Part shown: in pieces, positions 1 through 7,898 of the stretch
Numbering within the stretch: the stretch's first letter is position 1
Layout of the letters: every line of letters starts with the position of its first letter
NCBI GenBank assembly: GCA_044220955.1
Contig: JBGAQA010000005.1
Span: forward strand, 9,897 to 73,896
Direction of reading: 5' to 3'
Source of the DNA: Sandaracinaceae bacterium
GTDB taxonomy: Bacteria; Myxococcota_A; Polyangia; Polyangiales; Sandaracinaceae
DNA: 64,000 bases
Made by a program: the position numbers and the translations under genes
The notes under the pieces: model-generated
The model's input: only the letters and a program-made list of their open reading frames with translations
What the model was told of the DNA's origin: nothing
The model's database searches: none

Positions 1-1716
1 GTCGCGCGAGTGCGCGAGCGGGTACACGTAGCGGCGCCCCTCGGCGGTGGCCTGCACCACCTGGGTGTACGCGATCACCACGCGACGGCTGCCGTGCGCC
101 GGGATCGGGAAGATCCGTAGCTCGAAGTTGCCGCCGCGCTGCCACTCGAGCAGCGCCGGATCGCGCCACGGCCCGGGCACCCACACGTACTCCTCGTGCG
201 GATCGCGGTGCGCGACGGGCGTCGCGTGACGGATCACGCCGCGCCAGATCGCGGCCGCGCGGTTCTGAGCCACGAACGCGCCCTCCTGCAGGTGGCCGTC
301 GACCTCGAGCGCGAGGCGCGAGATGCGCGCGTCGGCCGGGAGCGGGAAGCGGTAGGTGCCCTCGAGCTGGTCCCCCGAGTCGTTCTGGAAGACCTGCTCG
401 ACCTCCGTGCGCGCGACGTTGCCGGCGATGCGGACGCGCACGTGCTGCGAGGCGACGAAGAGCGGGCGCTCGCGGTCCTGGCTCTCGCCGGGGCGGCGCG
501 CGCGGAGCGAGCCGATGCCGGGGACGGTGGAGTCGGTGGTGTGCTCGCCGGTGTTGTCCTCGTCGAGCGCTGCCCACGACACGGCGCGGGCGAGGTCGAT
601 CGTGGGGGCGACCTGCGGCGCGCGGCCCGTGCGGAGGATGCCCTCCTCGCCGACCTCGACGTCCATCTCGGGCGAGCCATCGCTGCCGACGCGCACCTTG
701 CCGCGCGTCACGCGCACGGACGAGACGCTCGTGGCCGCGGAGAGCACGAACTCGGTGCCCACGACGCTCACGTGCCCGGTCGGCGTCGTGAACACGGCCG
801 AGGGGCCCTCGTCGAGGTGCGCGACGTCCGCGACGATCTCGCCCGAGCGCAGGTCGAAGTGCCGCGCACGGGCCGCATCGACGAGCAGCTCGGTCGTGTG
901 GTTGAGGACGAGCTCGGAGCCGTCCGAGAGGGTGAGGCGCGCGCGCGTGCGCTCGTCGGTGCGGACCGTGGAGCCGGCGGGGACCGTCGCGCCCAGCGCG
1001 AGCGCGGCGTACGTGCCGCCGGGCGGCATGATCTCCACGCCGGTACCGGTCTCGCCGGCGGCCGCGCGGACGACCTGCGCGAGCGTGCCGGTGATGGCGC
1101 CATCGATGGGCGAGCCCGGTGCGTGATCCGGGGTGGTCGGACCCGCCGGCCAGAAGGCGATCGCGGCGGACGCGGCGACCCCGAGCGCGGCGAGCGTGGA
1201 GAAGAGGACGATCACGCGGCCGAGGCCGCGACGCGCGGGCGCGGCCTTCGGCGCCGGATCGGCCTGCTTGGCCGCGCGCGCGGCGTCGAGCGACACGACC
1301 TCGGCGGTCTTGGAGGAGACGCTCTCGCTCTCGCTCTCGCTCTCGCTCTCGCTCTCGCTCTCGCTCTCGCTCTCGCTCTCGCTCTCGCTCTCGCTCGTCG
1401 CGGTCGCGGTCGCGGTCGTGGTGGCGGCAGGCTCCGGCGCGAACCCTGGCTGCGTCGTGCGCTCCGGCGCGAAGCTCGCGCCGCCCGCCTTCGTGTCCAG
1501 CGCCGCCAGCATCCTCGCCTCGAGGTCGGCGGGCATCGCCCAGTCGTCGCCCGCGTGCGCGAGCGCGTCGGCCGCGGCCTCGGCGTCGTGACGGATGTCG
1601 CGCGCTCGGTCGTCGTCCGCCAGGAAGTCCGCATGCCGTGCGATCGCCGCCCGGTCGCCGTCCACGATCGGACCCAGCTCGTCGAGGAATCGTTCCATCT
1701 TGTCGTTGCTGCTCAT
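1..1716 (-). CDS. Anti-sigma-like membrane protein with FecR domain and VIT (vault inter-alpha-trypsin) domain; 3' part runs off the window
   Basis: Not in the ORF track. Manual translation from ATG 1716 (ATGA overlap with the sigma gene stop): MSSNDKMERFLDEL..., TM segment VIVLFSTLAALGVAASAAIAFW, FecR-like LTLSDGSELVLN...TPTGHVSVVGTEF, VIT-like HVRVRIAGNVARTEVEQVFQND...LEGTYRFPLPADARISRLALEVDG...DPALLEW. Confidence 0.85.
   Translation of the reverse strand, partial: MSSNDKMERFLDELGPIVDGDRAAIARHADFLADDDRARDIRHDAEAAADALAHAGDDWAMPADLEARMLAALDTKAGGASFAPERTTQPGFAPEPAATTTATATATSESESESESESESESESESESESESVSSKTAEVVSLDAARAAKQADPAPKAAPARRGLGRVIVLFSTLAALGVAASAAIAFWPAGPTTPDHAPGSPIDGAITGTLAQVVRAAAGETGTGVEIMPPGGTYAALALGATVPAGSTVRTDERTRARLTLSDGSELVLNHTTELLVDAARARHFDLRSGEIVADVAHLDEGPSAVFTTPTGHVSVVGTEFVLSAATSVSSVRVTRGKVRVGSDGSPEMDVEVGEEGILRTGRAPQVAPTIDLARAVSWAALDEDNTGEHTTDSTVPGIGSLRARRPGESQDRERPLFVASQHVRVRIAGNVARTEVEQVFQNDSGDQLEGTYRFPLPADARISRLALEVDGHLQEGAFVAQNRAAAIWRGVIRHATPVAHRDPHEEYVWVPGPWRDPALLEWQRGGNFELRIFPIPAHGSRRVVIAYTQVVQATAEGRRYVYPLAHSRD
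1321..1396. repeat. Hexanucleotide microsatellite (GCTCTC)x12.7, encoding a (Ser-Glu)n linker on the minus strand
   Basis: Perfect tandem repeat read directly; in frame within the FecR/VIT gene. Confidence 0.95.
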
Positions 1717-2285
1717 CGCTCGACCTCCGCGCCCAGGAGCTCTTTCATCCGTGCCAGACCGCGGCTCACTCGCTTGCGAGCGGCCGCTTCGTCGATCGCG
1801 CAGGCCGCCGCGATCTCCGCGTAGTCGAGGCCCGCCTGGTACCTCATCACCACCGCATCGCGCTCCGAGGGCTTCAGCTCCTCGAGCGCCCAGCGAACGC
1901 GCTCGGCGCGCCGCTTCTGCTCCAGCACGTCGTCGGGCAGCCGCGCCGCTTCGCTCGCGTCGAACACGAGCCGCAGCCGTCGCTCGCGCCGCCCGCGCAT
2001 CTCGAGCCGCCGCGCGCACATGCGCCGCGCGATCCCGAAGAGCCACGCGCGCACGGTCCCCTCGTGCCGGAACTCCCGGAAGCCGTCGTGCGCGGCCATC
2101 AGCACCTCCTGCACGCACTCGTCGGCCTCGGCCTGCGAGCCGAGCATCGCCATGCAGAGGCGCCCGAGCGAGGCGCCGTGGGCGCGCACGCAGAGCGCGG
2201 TGGCGTCGCGGTAGGCGCCCTGGGTGATCGCGAGGAGCACCGGGTCGTCCGGTGCTGGGAGCGGTGCGGAGGAGGCGGGTAGCAT
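1713..2285 (-). CDS. ECF (sigma-70 family) RNA polymerase sigma factor
   Basis: Region 2 ADECVQEVL...FRHEGTVRAWLFGIARR; region 4 LKPSERDAVVMRYQAGLDYAEIAAACAIDEAAARKRVSRG. Confidence 0.9.
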   Translation of the reverse strand: MLPASSAPLPAPDDPVLLAITQGAYRDATALCVRAHGASLGRLCMAMLGSQAEADECVQEVLMAAHDGFREFRHEGTVRAWLFGIARRMCARRLEMRGRRERRLRLVFDASEAARLPDDVLEQKRRAERVRWALEELKPSERDAVVMRYQAGLDYAEIAAACAIDEAAARKRVSRGLARMKELLGAEVER

Positions 2286-2322
2286 CACCCTGCATGTGCC
2301 CACGAACCCCGCATTTGTGACA

Positions 2323-2406
2323 GGGGTCACTCCACCAGGTCTCAACCCATCGAAATCACGGCGGTCTGGCGGCTAGGTGCGCGTTTTGTCGGCGTGGAGT
2401 GACCCC
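2323..2406. mobile_element. MITE/REPIN-like element, short copy
   Basis: 13-bp terminal inverted repeat GGGGTCACTCCAC...GTGGAGTGACCCC; interior aligns with the left arm of the 23834-23996 element. Confidence 0.6.
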
Positions 2407-2446
2407 CGTTCGACGCGCGGGGGGCGACGTGACACACCGGCGCCGC

Positions 2447-4003
2447 ATGAGGCCCACCGTCCTGCTCGGAAAGACGCCGCTCACCATCGAGGCTGTCTGC
2501 GCGATCGCCGAGGGACGAGCGACGATCGCCATCGACTCGGACGCCGAGCTGCGAGCACGCATCGCCGCCGGCTCGAAGTTCATCGAGGACAGCCTGAAGA
2601 ACGGGCGGACGATCTACGGCGTCACCACCGGGTTCGGTGCGTCGGTGGAGTTCCAGGTGTCTCCCGAGGTCGCCGAGGGAATGCCGCTGAACCTCGTGCG
2701 CTATCACGGGTGCGGAACGGGAGCGATCTTCGGCCCTCGCGAGGCCGCCGCGATCACCGCGGTGCGGGCGAGCTCCCTCTCGCGCGGGTACTCGGGCGTG
2801 CGCCAGGCGCTGCTCGACCGGCTCTGCCTCTTCGTCGATCGCGGCCTGCTCCCCTGCATCCCCGAGGAGGGCTCGGTGGGCGCGAGCGGTGATCTCACTC
2901 CTCTCTCCTACGTGGGCGCGCTCCTCGTGGGCGAGCGTGAAGCGTGGCTCGGAGGCAAGCAGCTCGACGCGATGGCGGGACACCGCTCGCTCGGGATCGA
3001 GCCGATGACGCTCCGCCCCAAGGAGTCGCTCGCGATCATGAACGGTACGAGCGTGATGAGCGCGCTCGGCTGCCTCTCGTGGATGCGCGCCCGGAAGCTC
3101 GCTCGCTTCACCGCGACGCTCACGGCGATGGCGTCCGACGTGCTGCACGGCGTGGCCGCGCACTTCGACGACCGCATCTACGAGCTCAAGCCGCACCCCG
3201 GTCAGCGCGTGCTCGCCCGCTGGATCCGCGAGCGCGTGCATCAGCAGAACCCGCCGGCTCGCGTTCAGGACCGCTACTCCGTGCGCTGCGCGCCGCACGT
3301 CGCCGGGCTCGTGCTCGACTGCCTCGGCTGGACGCGCCAGATGCTGGAGACGGAGCTGCACGGGATCAACGACAACCCGATCATCGAGGGGATCGGCCCC
3401 GAGGCGCCCGAGGGCCGCGTGATGCACGGCGGCAACTTCTACGGCGGGCACGCCTGCCTCGTCACCGACACGCTGAAGAACGTCGTCGCGAACGTGGGCG
3501 ACCTGCTCGACCGGCAGGTGGGGATGATGTGCAACCCCGCGACGAACGCGGGCCTGCCGGCGAACCTCGTGGCGCGCACCGGCGCCGATCGCCCGACGCA
3601 CCACGGCTTCAAGGCCATGGAGATCAGCGCGAGCGCGCTCGCCGCCGAGGCGCTCAAGATGAGCATGCCAGCGAGCGTCTTCTCGCGGAGCACCGAGAGC
3701 TACAACCAGGACAAGGTGTCGATGGGCACCATCAGCGCGCGCGAGTGCGTGCGCGTCCTCGACCTCGTCGAGACGATCGCCGTGATCCACCTGCTGACGG
3801 TGGTGCAGGCGGTCGATCTGCGCGGCCCCGGCCACTGCCACCCGAGGAGCGTCGAGATGCGCGACGCGGTCCGCGCCAGGATCCCGATGAACACCGCCGA
3901 CCGCCGCATGGACGTGGACATCAGCGCCGTGCTCGAGATGTACCGAGCAGGCGCGCTGCCCATCGGTGAGATCGACTTCGAGACCGGACCGACCTCCGCG
4001 TGA
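2447..4003 (+). CDS. Aromatic amino acid ammonia-lyase (HAL/PAL/TAL family, MIO enzyme), aryl-polyene-cluster type
   Basis: IYGVTTGFG, MIO motif GSVGASGDL, LRPKESLAIMNGT, QDRYSVRCAPHV, HGGNFYG, STESYNQDKVSMG. Confidence 0.92.
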   Translation: MRPTVLLGKTPLTIEAVCAIAEGRATIAIDSDAELRARIAAGSKFIEDSLKNGRTIYGVTTGFGASVEFQVSPEVAEGMPLNLVRYHGCGTGAIFGPREAAAITAVRASSLSRGYSGVRQALLDRLCLFVDRGLLPCIPEEGSVGASGDLTPLSYVGALLVGEREAWLGGKQLDAMAGHRSLGIEPMTLRPKESLAIMNGTSVMSALGCLSWMRARKLARFTATLTAMASDVLHGVAAHFDDRIYELKPHPGQRVLARWIRERVHQQNPPARVQDRYSVRCAPHVAGLVLDCLGWTRQMLETELHGINDNPIIEGIGPEAPEGRVMHGGNFYGGHACLVTDTLKNVVANVGDLLDRQVGMMCNPATNAGLPANLVARTGADRPTHHGFKAMEISASALAAEALKMSMPASVFSRSTESYNQDKVSMGTISARECVRVLDLVETIAVIHLLTVVQAVDLRGPGHCHPRSVEMRDAVRARIPMNTADRRMDVDISAVLEMYRAGALPIGEIDFETGPTSA

Positions 4004-4037
4004 CGCCGCGCGGAACGGGGCCGGGGGCCGGGGATCG

Positions 4038-4325
4038 TCAGCGGATGTGCTGAACCTCGGGCACGACGTTGCCGTCCACCTTGATCGCGCAGCTGCCGTC
4101 GGTGAACGGGCCGTCGCCGATGCCGAGGATCACGTGCACGTCGACCGCCTTGCCGTTCAGCTCGGCGCTGCCGTGGAGCTCGCCGATGCCGATGAAGGAC
4201 CAGGCGCGGCGCGCGATCTCGTGGCCGTCCCACTCGATGCTGAAGCCGCGCGTGATCTCGTTGCGGGCCACGGTGATGTTGTGCCCCTCGTACTTGGCTT
4301 CCCAGCGAGTCGCGATCAGTCCCAT
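4038..4325 (-). CDS. Small hypothetical beta-rich protein (95 aa)
   Basis: ATG 4325 preceded by a GGAGG RBS; coding-like composition MGLIATRWEAKYEGHNITVARNE... Confidence 0.7.
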   Translation of the reverse strand: MGLIATRWEAKYEGHNITVARNEITRGFSIEWDGHEIARRAWSFIGIGELHGSAELNGKAVDVHVILGIGDGPFTDGSCAIKVDGNVVPEVQHIR

Positions 4326-4385
4326 GTCCAACCCCTCCAGCCCCGCGGACGCTACCACGATGCGCGGGTGCTAAGGTGCCGCGTC

Positions 4386-4904
4386 ATGAGAGACGATGCG
4401 GAGCGGGTCGAGCCCATCACACGCGAGCTGCGCGAGCGCGCACCGGACGGGGCGACCACGGTCGATCTGCAGGTGCCCTTCCACGACTGCGACCCGCTCT
4501 TCGTCGCTTGGCACGGCTGGTACTACAAGTACTTCGAGATCGCCCGCTGCGCGCTCTTCGCCGCGCACCGCATCGACGTGCCCGACATGATCCCGCTCAA
4601 GCTCGGCCTCTACGTGATCGAGACCCGAGCGCGGCACGTCGGCACGCTGCGCTACGGCGACAAGTTCCGCGTCGCGGCCTGGTTCACCGAGTGGCTGGCG
4701 CGCATCTCGGTCGCCTACGAGATCCAGAACCTCACCACGGGCAAGCGCGCCGCGCGAGGCAAGACGGTGCTGGTGACGACGCGCCGCGCGCACCACGGGA
4801 CGCTGGCGTCTCCGGACGCTCCGCGTCCAGGCGAGGACGAGATGCTCTTCGAGACACCCGAGGTGCTGATCGAGCGCATCGTGGCACCCCCGATCGCGCG
4901 ATGA
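4386..4904 (+). CDS. Acyl-CoA/ACP thioesterase (4HBT/YbgC hot-dog family)
   Basis: VPFHDCDPLFVAWHGWYYKYFEIAR motif. Confidence 0.88.
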   Translation: MRDDAERVEPITRELRERAPDGATTVDLQVPFHDCDPLFVAWHGWYYKYFEIARCALFAAHRIDVPDMIPLKLGLYVIETRARHVGTLRYGDKFRVAAWFTEWLARISVAYEIQNLTTGKRAARGKTVLVTTRRAHHGTLASPDAPRPGEDEMLFETPEVLIERIVAPPIAR

Positions 4905-5566
4905 ACACCTCCGGCCCCAGCCCCGTCCAAGGGGGCGTGCCCCGCCTCGTCGCCGCCGCGCTCGCGCTGGTCCTCGTCGCCGCCGCCTTCACACCCTGCG
5001 GGTCTGCGTCCGCGCAGACCGCACCCACGCTCGACTCGGTGCTCCGGCGCTTCGCGTCGATCGAGGGGCTGACCCTCTCGTTCCACGAGGAGAAGCGCAT
5101 CGCGCTGCTCACGATGCCGCTCTCGACCGACGGCACGCTCGCGTACTCCCGCCCGGGTCGCCTCGCGAGGCGGGCCAGCGGCCAGGTCGTGCTCATCGAC
5201 GGCGCGTCACTGCGCATGGCCGACGGCGGGCACGAGCAGCACATCGATCTCGCCTCGCAGCCCGTCGTGCGCAGCTTCGTCGACTCGTTCCGAGCGCTGC
5301 TGGCTGGAGAACGCGCGGCCCTCGAGCAGAGCTACGTGATCTCGTTCGCGACGACGGCGCCCGACTGGACGATCACGCTCACGCCGCGCGGAGCGCCGCT
5401 GAGCGAGTTCCTCGCCAGCATCGTGTTCGTCGGCCACGGCGACGCGCTCGTCTCGATGACGATGAGCGAGACGAGCGGCGACGTCACGACCACGACGTTC
5501 TCGAACGTGGACGATCACCACCGCTTCAGCGCGGAGGAGTCGGCCCGCGTCTTCGACATCCGCTGA
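4901..5566 (+). CDS. LolA-like outer-membrane lipoprotein carrier-fold protein
   Basis: Signal peptide, FHEEKRIALLTMPLSTDGTLAYSRPGRL, WTITLTP; ATGA overlap with the thioesterase. Confidence 0.8.
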   Translation: MNTSGPSPVQGGVPRLVAAALALVLVAAAFTPCGSASAQTAPTLDSVLRRFASIEGLTLSFHEEKRIALLTMPLSTDGTLAYSRPGRLARRASGQVVLIDGASLRMADGGHEQHIDLASQPVVRSFVDSFRALLAGERAALEQSYVISFATTAPDWTITLTPRGAPLSEFLASIVFVGHGDALVSMTMSETSGDVTTTTFSNVDDHHRFSAEESARVFDIR

Positions 5567-5587
5567 TCGCGAGTCCCGCTCGCGCGT

Positions 5588-6028
5588 TCAGGCGCCCGAG
5601 TCGGGAGCCGGGACCGCTCCATACGCGGGAGCCGGACCGCCCGCGTCGTCCGCTGGCGCGCCGTACGCCGGCGCGGTGTTCCCCGCGTCGGATCCGGCGT
5701 CGATCGGGGGGCCGCCGTACATCGCGAGCATGCCCGAGTCGTTGCCAGGCGTGCCCATGTCGGCCGTGGGCATGCCGGTGTCGGCCGGCGCGCCGTACGC
5801 GGGCGCGATCCCCGAGTCGGTGCCCGGCGTGGTGGCGCCCCCGCATCCAGCGACGCTGGTCGCGATCGCGGCGCCGAACGCGAACGTCGCGGCGCGACCG
5901 AGGCGCTGCATCGGCTGCGCACGCTCCGGCACGCCCTCGAGGGCCAGGGCGCTGCCGCAGAACGGACAGCCGCTCTCGGAGCGGCGGACGTGACGCGAGC
6001 ACGAAGGACAAGGAAGCAGCTGGCTCAT
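5588..6028 (-). CDS. Putative splicease substrate 1 (Cys knuckle + lipobox + 4 XYG motifs)
   Basis: CPSCSRHVR...CPFC, RLGRAATFAFGAAIATSVAGC, motifs AYG/MYG/AYG/AYG. Confidence 0.85.
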   Translation of the reverse strand: MSQLLPCPSCSRHVRRSESGCPFCGSALALEGVPERAQPMQRLGRAATFAFGAAIATSVAGCGGATTPGTDSGIAPAYGAPADTGMPTADMGTPGNDSGMLAMYGGPPIDAGSDAGNTAPAYGAPADDAGGPAPAYGAVPAPDSGA

Positions 6029-6061
6029 CTCGAACTCCTGGGATGGGGTGGAACGCGCAGG

Positions 6062-6490
6062 TCAGGCACCGCTGTCGGGCGGCGGCGGCGCCCCGTAGTC
6101 GGAGCTCGAGCCGCCCATGTCGACGTCCCCCGCGTCCTGCGGAGGGCCGCCGTAGAGCGCCATCGCGCCGGCGTCGTCACCGGCATCCAGCGCCGGGCCG
6201 CCGTAGAGCGGACCTGGGCCGCCCGTGTCGACGCCCGTGTCGGCTGCTCCCGAGTCGCTCACCGCGGCGTCGATCGGCGGCCCGCCATAGGCCGCCGACG
6301 GACCGCCGCCGCACGCGGTCGTCGCCAACGCGGCCCCGAACGTGAACAGCGCGGCGCGACCGAGGCGCTCGACCGGCGATCGCGCGGCGACCGGTGGCGC
6401 GTCGAGCGAGACGCTCGCCCCGCAGAAGGGACAGACCGCCTCGGTCCGGCGGACGTGGCGGGCACAGGAAGGACAGGGGGCGAGGCTCAT
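6062..6490 (-). CDS. Putative splicease substrate 2 (4 XYG motifs)
   Basis: ATG 6490: MSLAPCPSCARHVR...CPFC, RLGRAALFTFGAALATTAC, motifs AYG/LYG/LYG/DYG. Confidence 0.85.
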   Translation of the reverse strand: MSLAPCPSCARHVRRTEAVCPFCGASVSLDAPPVAARSPVERLGRAALFTFGAALATTACGGGPSAAYGGPPIDAAVSDSGAADTGVDTGGPGPLYGGPALDAGDDAGAMALYGGPPQDAGDVDMGGSSSDYGAPPPPDSGA

Positions 6491-6495
6491 GGTGA

Positions 6496-6909
6496 CTACT
6501 CCGAGGGTGGGGGAGGCGGGGGCGGCGCGCCGTAGAGGGCCGCGGTGCCGGAGTCGGGGAAGTTCGCGTCGACGTCGAGGCCGGCGTCGACCGGCGGCCC
6601 TCCGTACGCCGCGACCAGACCTGCGTCGGTTCCCATGTCGACCGGCGGCCCGCCGTATGCGGCGTCGATCGATCCGTAGTTCGCGTCCGTGCCGGCGTCG
6701 CTCCCCGGCGCGCTCGCCGTGCCGCAGCCGGGCGCGCTCGCGGCGACCAGCGCGCCGAACGCGAACGTGGCCGCGCGGCCGAGGCGCTTGACCGGCATCA
6801 ACGCGGGCGCGGTCCCCGCGAGATCGAGCGACGACGCGCAGAACGGGCAGGTAGTCTCGTCCATGCGGACGTGACGGCTGCAAGAAGGACAAGGAGTCAG
6901 CGCGCTCAT
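6496..6909 (-). CDS. Putative splicease substrate 3 (4 XYG motifs)
   Basis: CPSCSRHVR...CPFC, RLGRAATFAFGALVAASAPGC, motifs NYG/AYG/AYG/LYG. Confidence 0.85.
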   Translation of the reverse strand: MSALTPCPSCSRHVRMDETTCPFCASSLDLAGTAPALMPVKRLGRAATFAFGALVAASAPGCGTASAPGSDAGTDANYGSIDAAYGGPPVDMGTDAGLVAAYGGPPVDAGLDVDANFPDSGTAALYGAPPPPPPPSE

Positions 6910-6984
6910 CTCGTGAAGCCCTCGCGGGACGAAGGAGAAGGAAGGGAATAGGATGCGACGGGCGGCGGTGTCGTCGCAAGAGCC

Positions 6985-7377
6985 TCAGCGGCCGGCGTCG
7001 AAGGGGGGCGCGCCGTACGCTCCCGCCAGCCCGCCGTCCTGACCGCCGTCGGGGAGCCCCGTGTCGTCGGGCGGCGCACCGTAGGGCGGGGAGACCCCGG
7101 CGTCCGGGTTGCCCGCCGCGTCGCGGCCGGAATCGACCGGGGTCGCGTTCGCGTCGACCGGCGCGCCCGAGTCGACCGCCGGCGTCGAGGACATGCTGCA
7201 CGCCGCGACGTTGGTCGCCATCGCCGCGCCGAACGCGAAGAGCGCAGCGCGCCCGAGTCGCTCGCTCACGACGGGAGACGAGAGCGGCTGGAGGGCGATC
7301 GACGCGGCGCAGAACGGACACACCACCTCCGTCGCGCGCACGTGTCTCGAGCAGGAGGGACAAGGCTGTAGCGACAT
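6985..7377 (-). CDS. Putative splicease substrate 4 (2 XYG motifs)
   Basis: ATG 7377: MSLQPCPSCSRHVR...CPFC, RLGRAALFAFGAAMATNVAAC, motifs PYG/AYG. Confidence 0.85.
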   Translation of the reverse strand: MSLQPCPSCSRHVRATEVVCPFCAASIALQPLSSPVVSERLGRAALFAFGAAMATNVAACSMSSTPAVDSGAPVDANATPVDSGRDAAGNPDAGVSPPYGAPPDDTGLPDGGQDGGLAGAYGAPPFDAGR

Positions 7378-7388
7378 CGTCTTCTCGC

Positions 7389-7898
7389 TCAGGGCCAAGG
7401 TGGCCCGCCATAGTCGGCGTTGCAGCATCCTAGATCGGCATCGGGCCCCGCGTCGTCCTCCGGGATCGGCGGCGCGCCGTAGAGGTTCAGGATCGCGCCC
7501 GCGTCGCGCTCGTCGGCCCCCGCCTCGAGCTCGTGCACCGATCCGCCGTCGGGCGTGACGGGAGCGCCGGCGTCCGGGTCGAGGAGGGACACGTCCATGG
7601 GCAGCAGCGACGCGTCGAGCGGGGGCGCCCCGTACGCCCCGATCGCCCACCCGGCGTCGTGCTCCGCCGTCGGTGGGGGGCCCGGCTCGAAGAGCTGCGT
7701 CTTGGACCCGCAGCCGGCCGTGCTCGTGACCGCCGCCGCACCGAGCGAGAAGAGCGCTGCGCGTCCGATGCGCGAGGACACGACGCGCGCGCTCGGCCCG
7801 GCGTCGGGGACGCGCAGGGTCCCGCAGAACGGACACGCCCGCTCCGTGCGGCGCACGTGCCTGTGGCACGACGAGCACGGTGCGAGCGTCGCGCTCAC
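7389..7898 (-). CDS. Putative splicease substrate 5 (3 XYG motifs)
   Basis: GTG 7898 overlaps the rSAM stop (GTGA): CSSCHRHVR...CPFC, RIGRAALFSLGAAAVTSTAGC, motifs AYG/LYG/DYG. Confidence 0.82.
   Translation of the reverse strand: MSATLAPCSSCHRHVRRTERACPFCGTLRVPDAGPSARVVSSRIGRAALFSLGAAAVTSTAGCGSKTQLFEPGPPPTAEHDAGWAIGAYGAPPLDASLLPMDVSLLDPDAGAPVTPDGGSVHELEAGADERDAGAILNLYGAPPIPEDDAGPDADLGCCNADYGGPPWP

Noticed and set aside
196..1824. Long plus-strand ORF with poly(AL) tract, and many similar long ORFs (e.g. 7880-10993, 24218-27676, 27401-30769, 43853-47518)
   Set aside because: Shadow frames of a very GC-rich genome: Arg/Ala/Pro-rich, no motifs, and overlapping well-supported genes.
2447..4003. 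Gene symbol hutH
   Set aside because: No hut operon context and the substrate cannot be fixed from sequence.
4901..5566. LolA-like gene as dedicated carrier for the YG lipoproteins
   Set aside because: It is convergent to them and translationally coupled to the thioesterase, which fits the aryl-polyene-type trio better.
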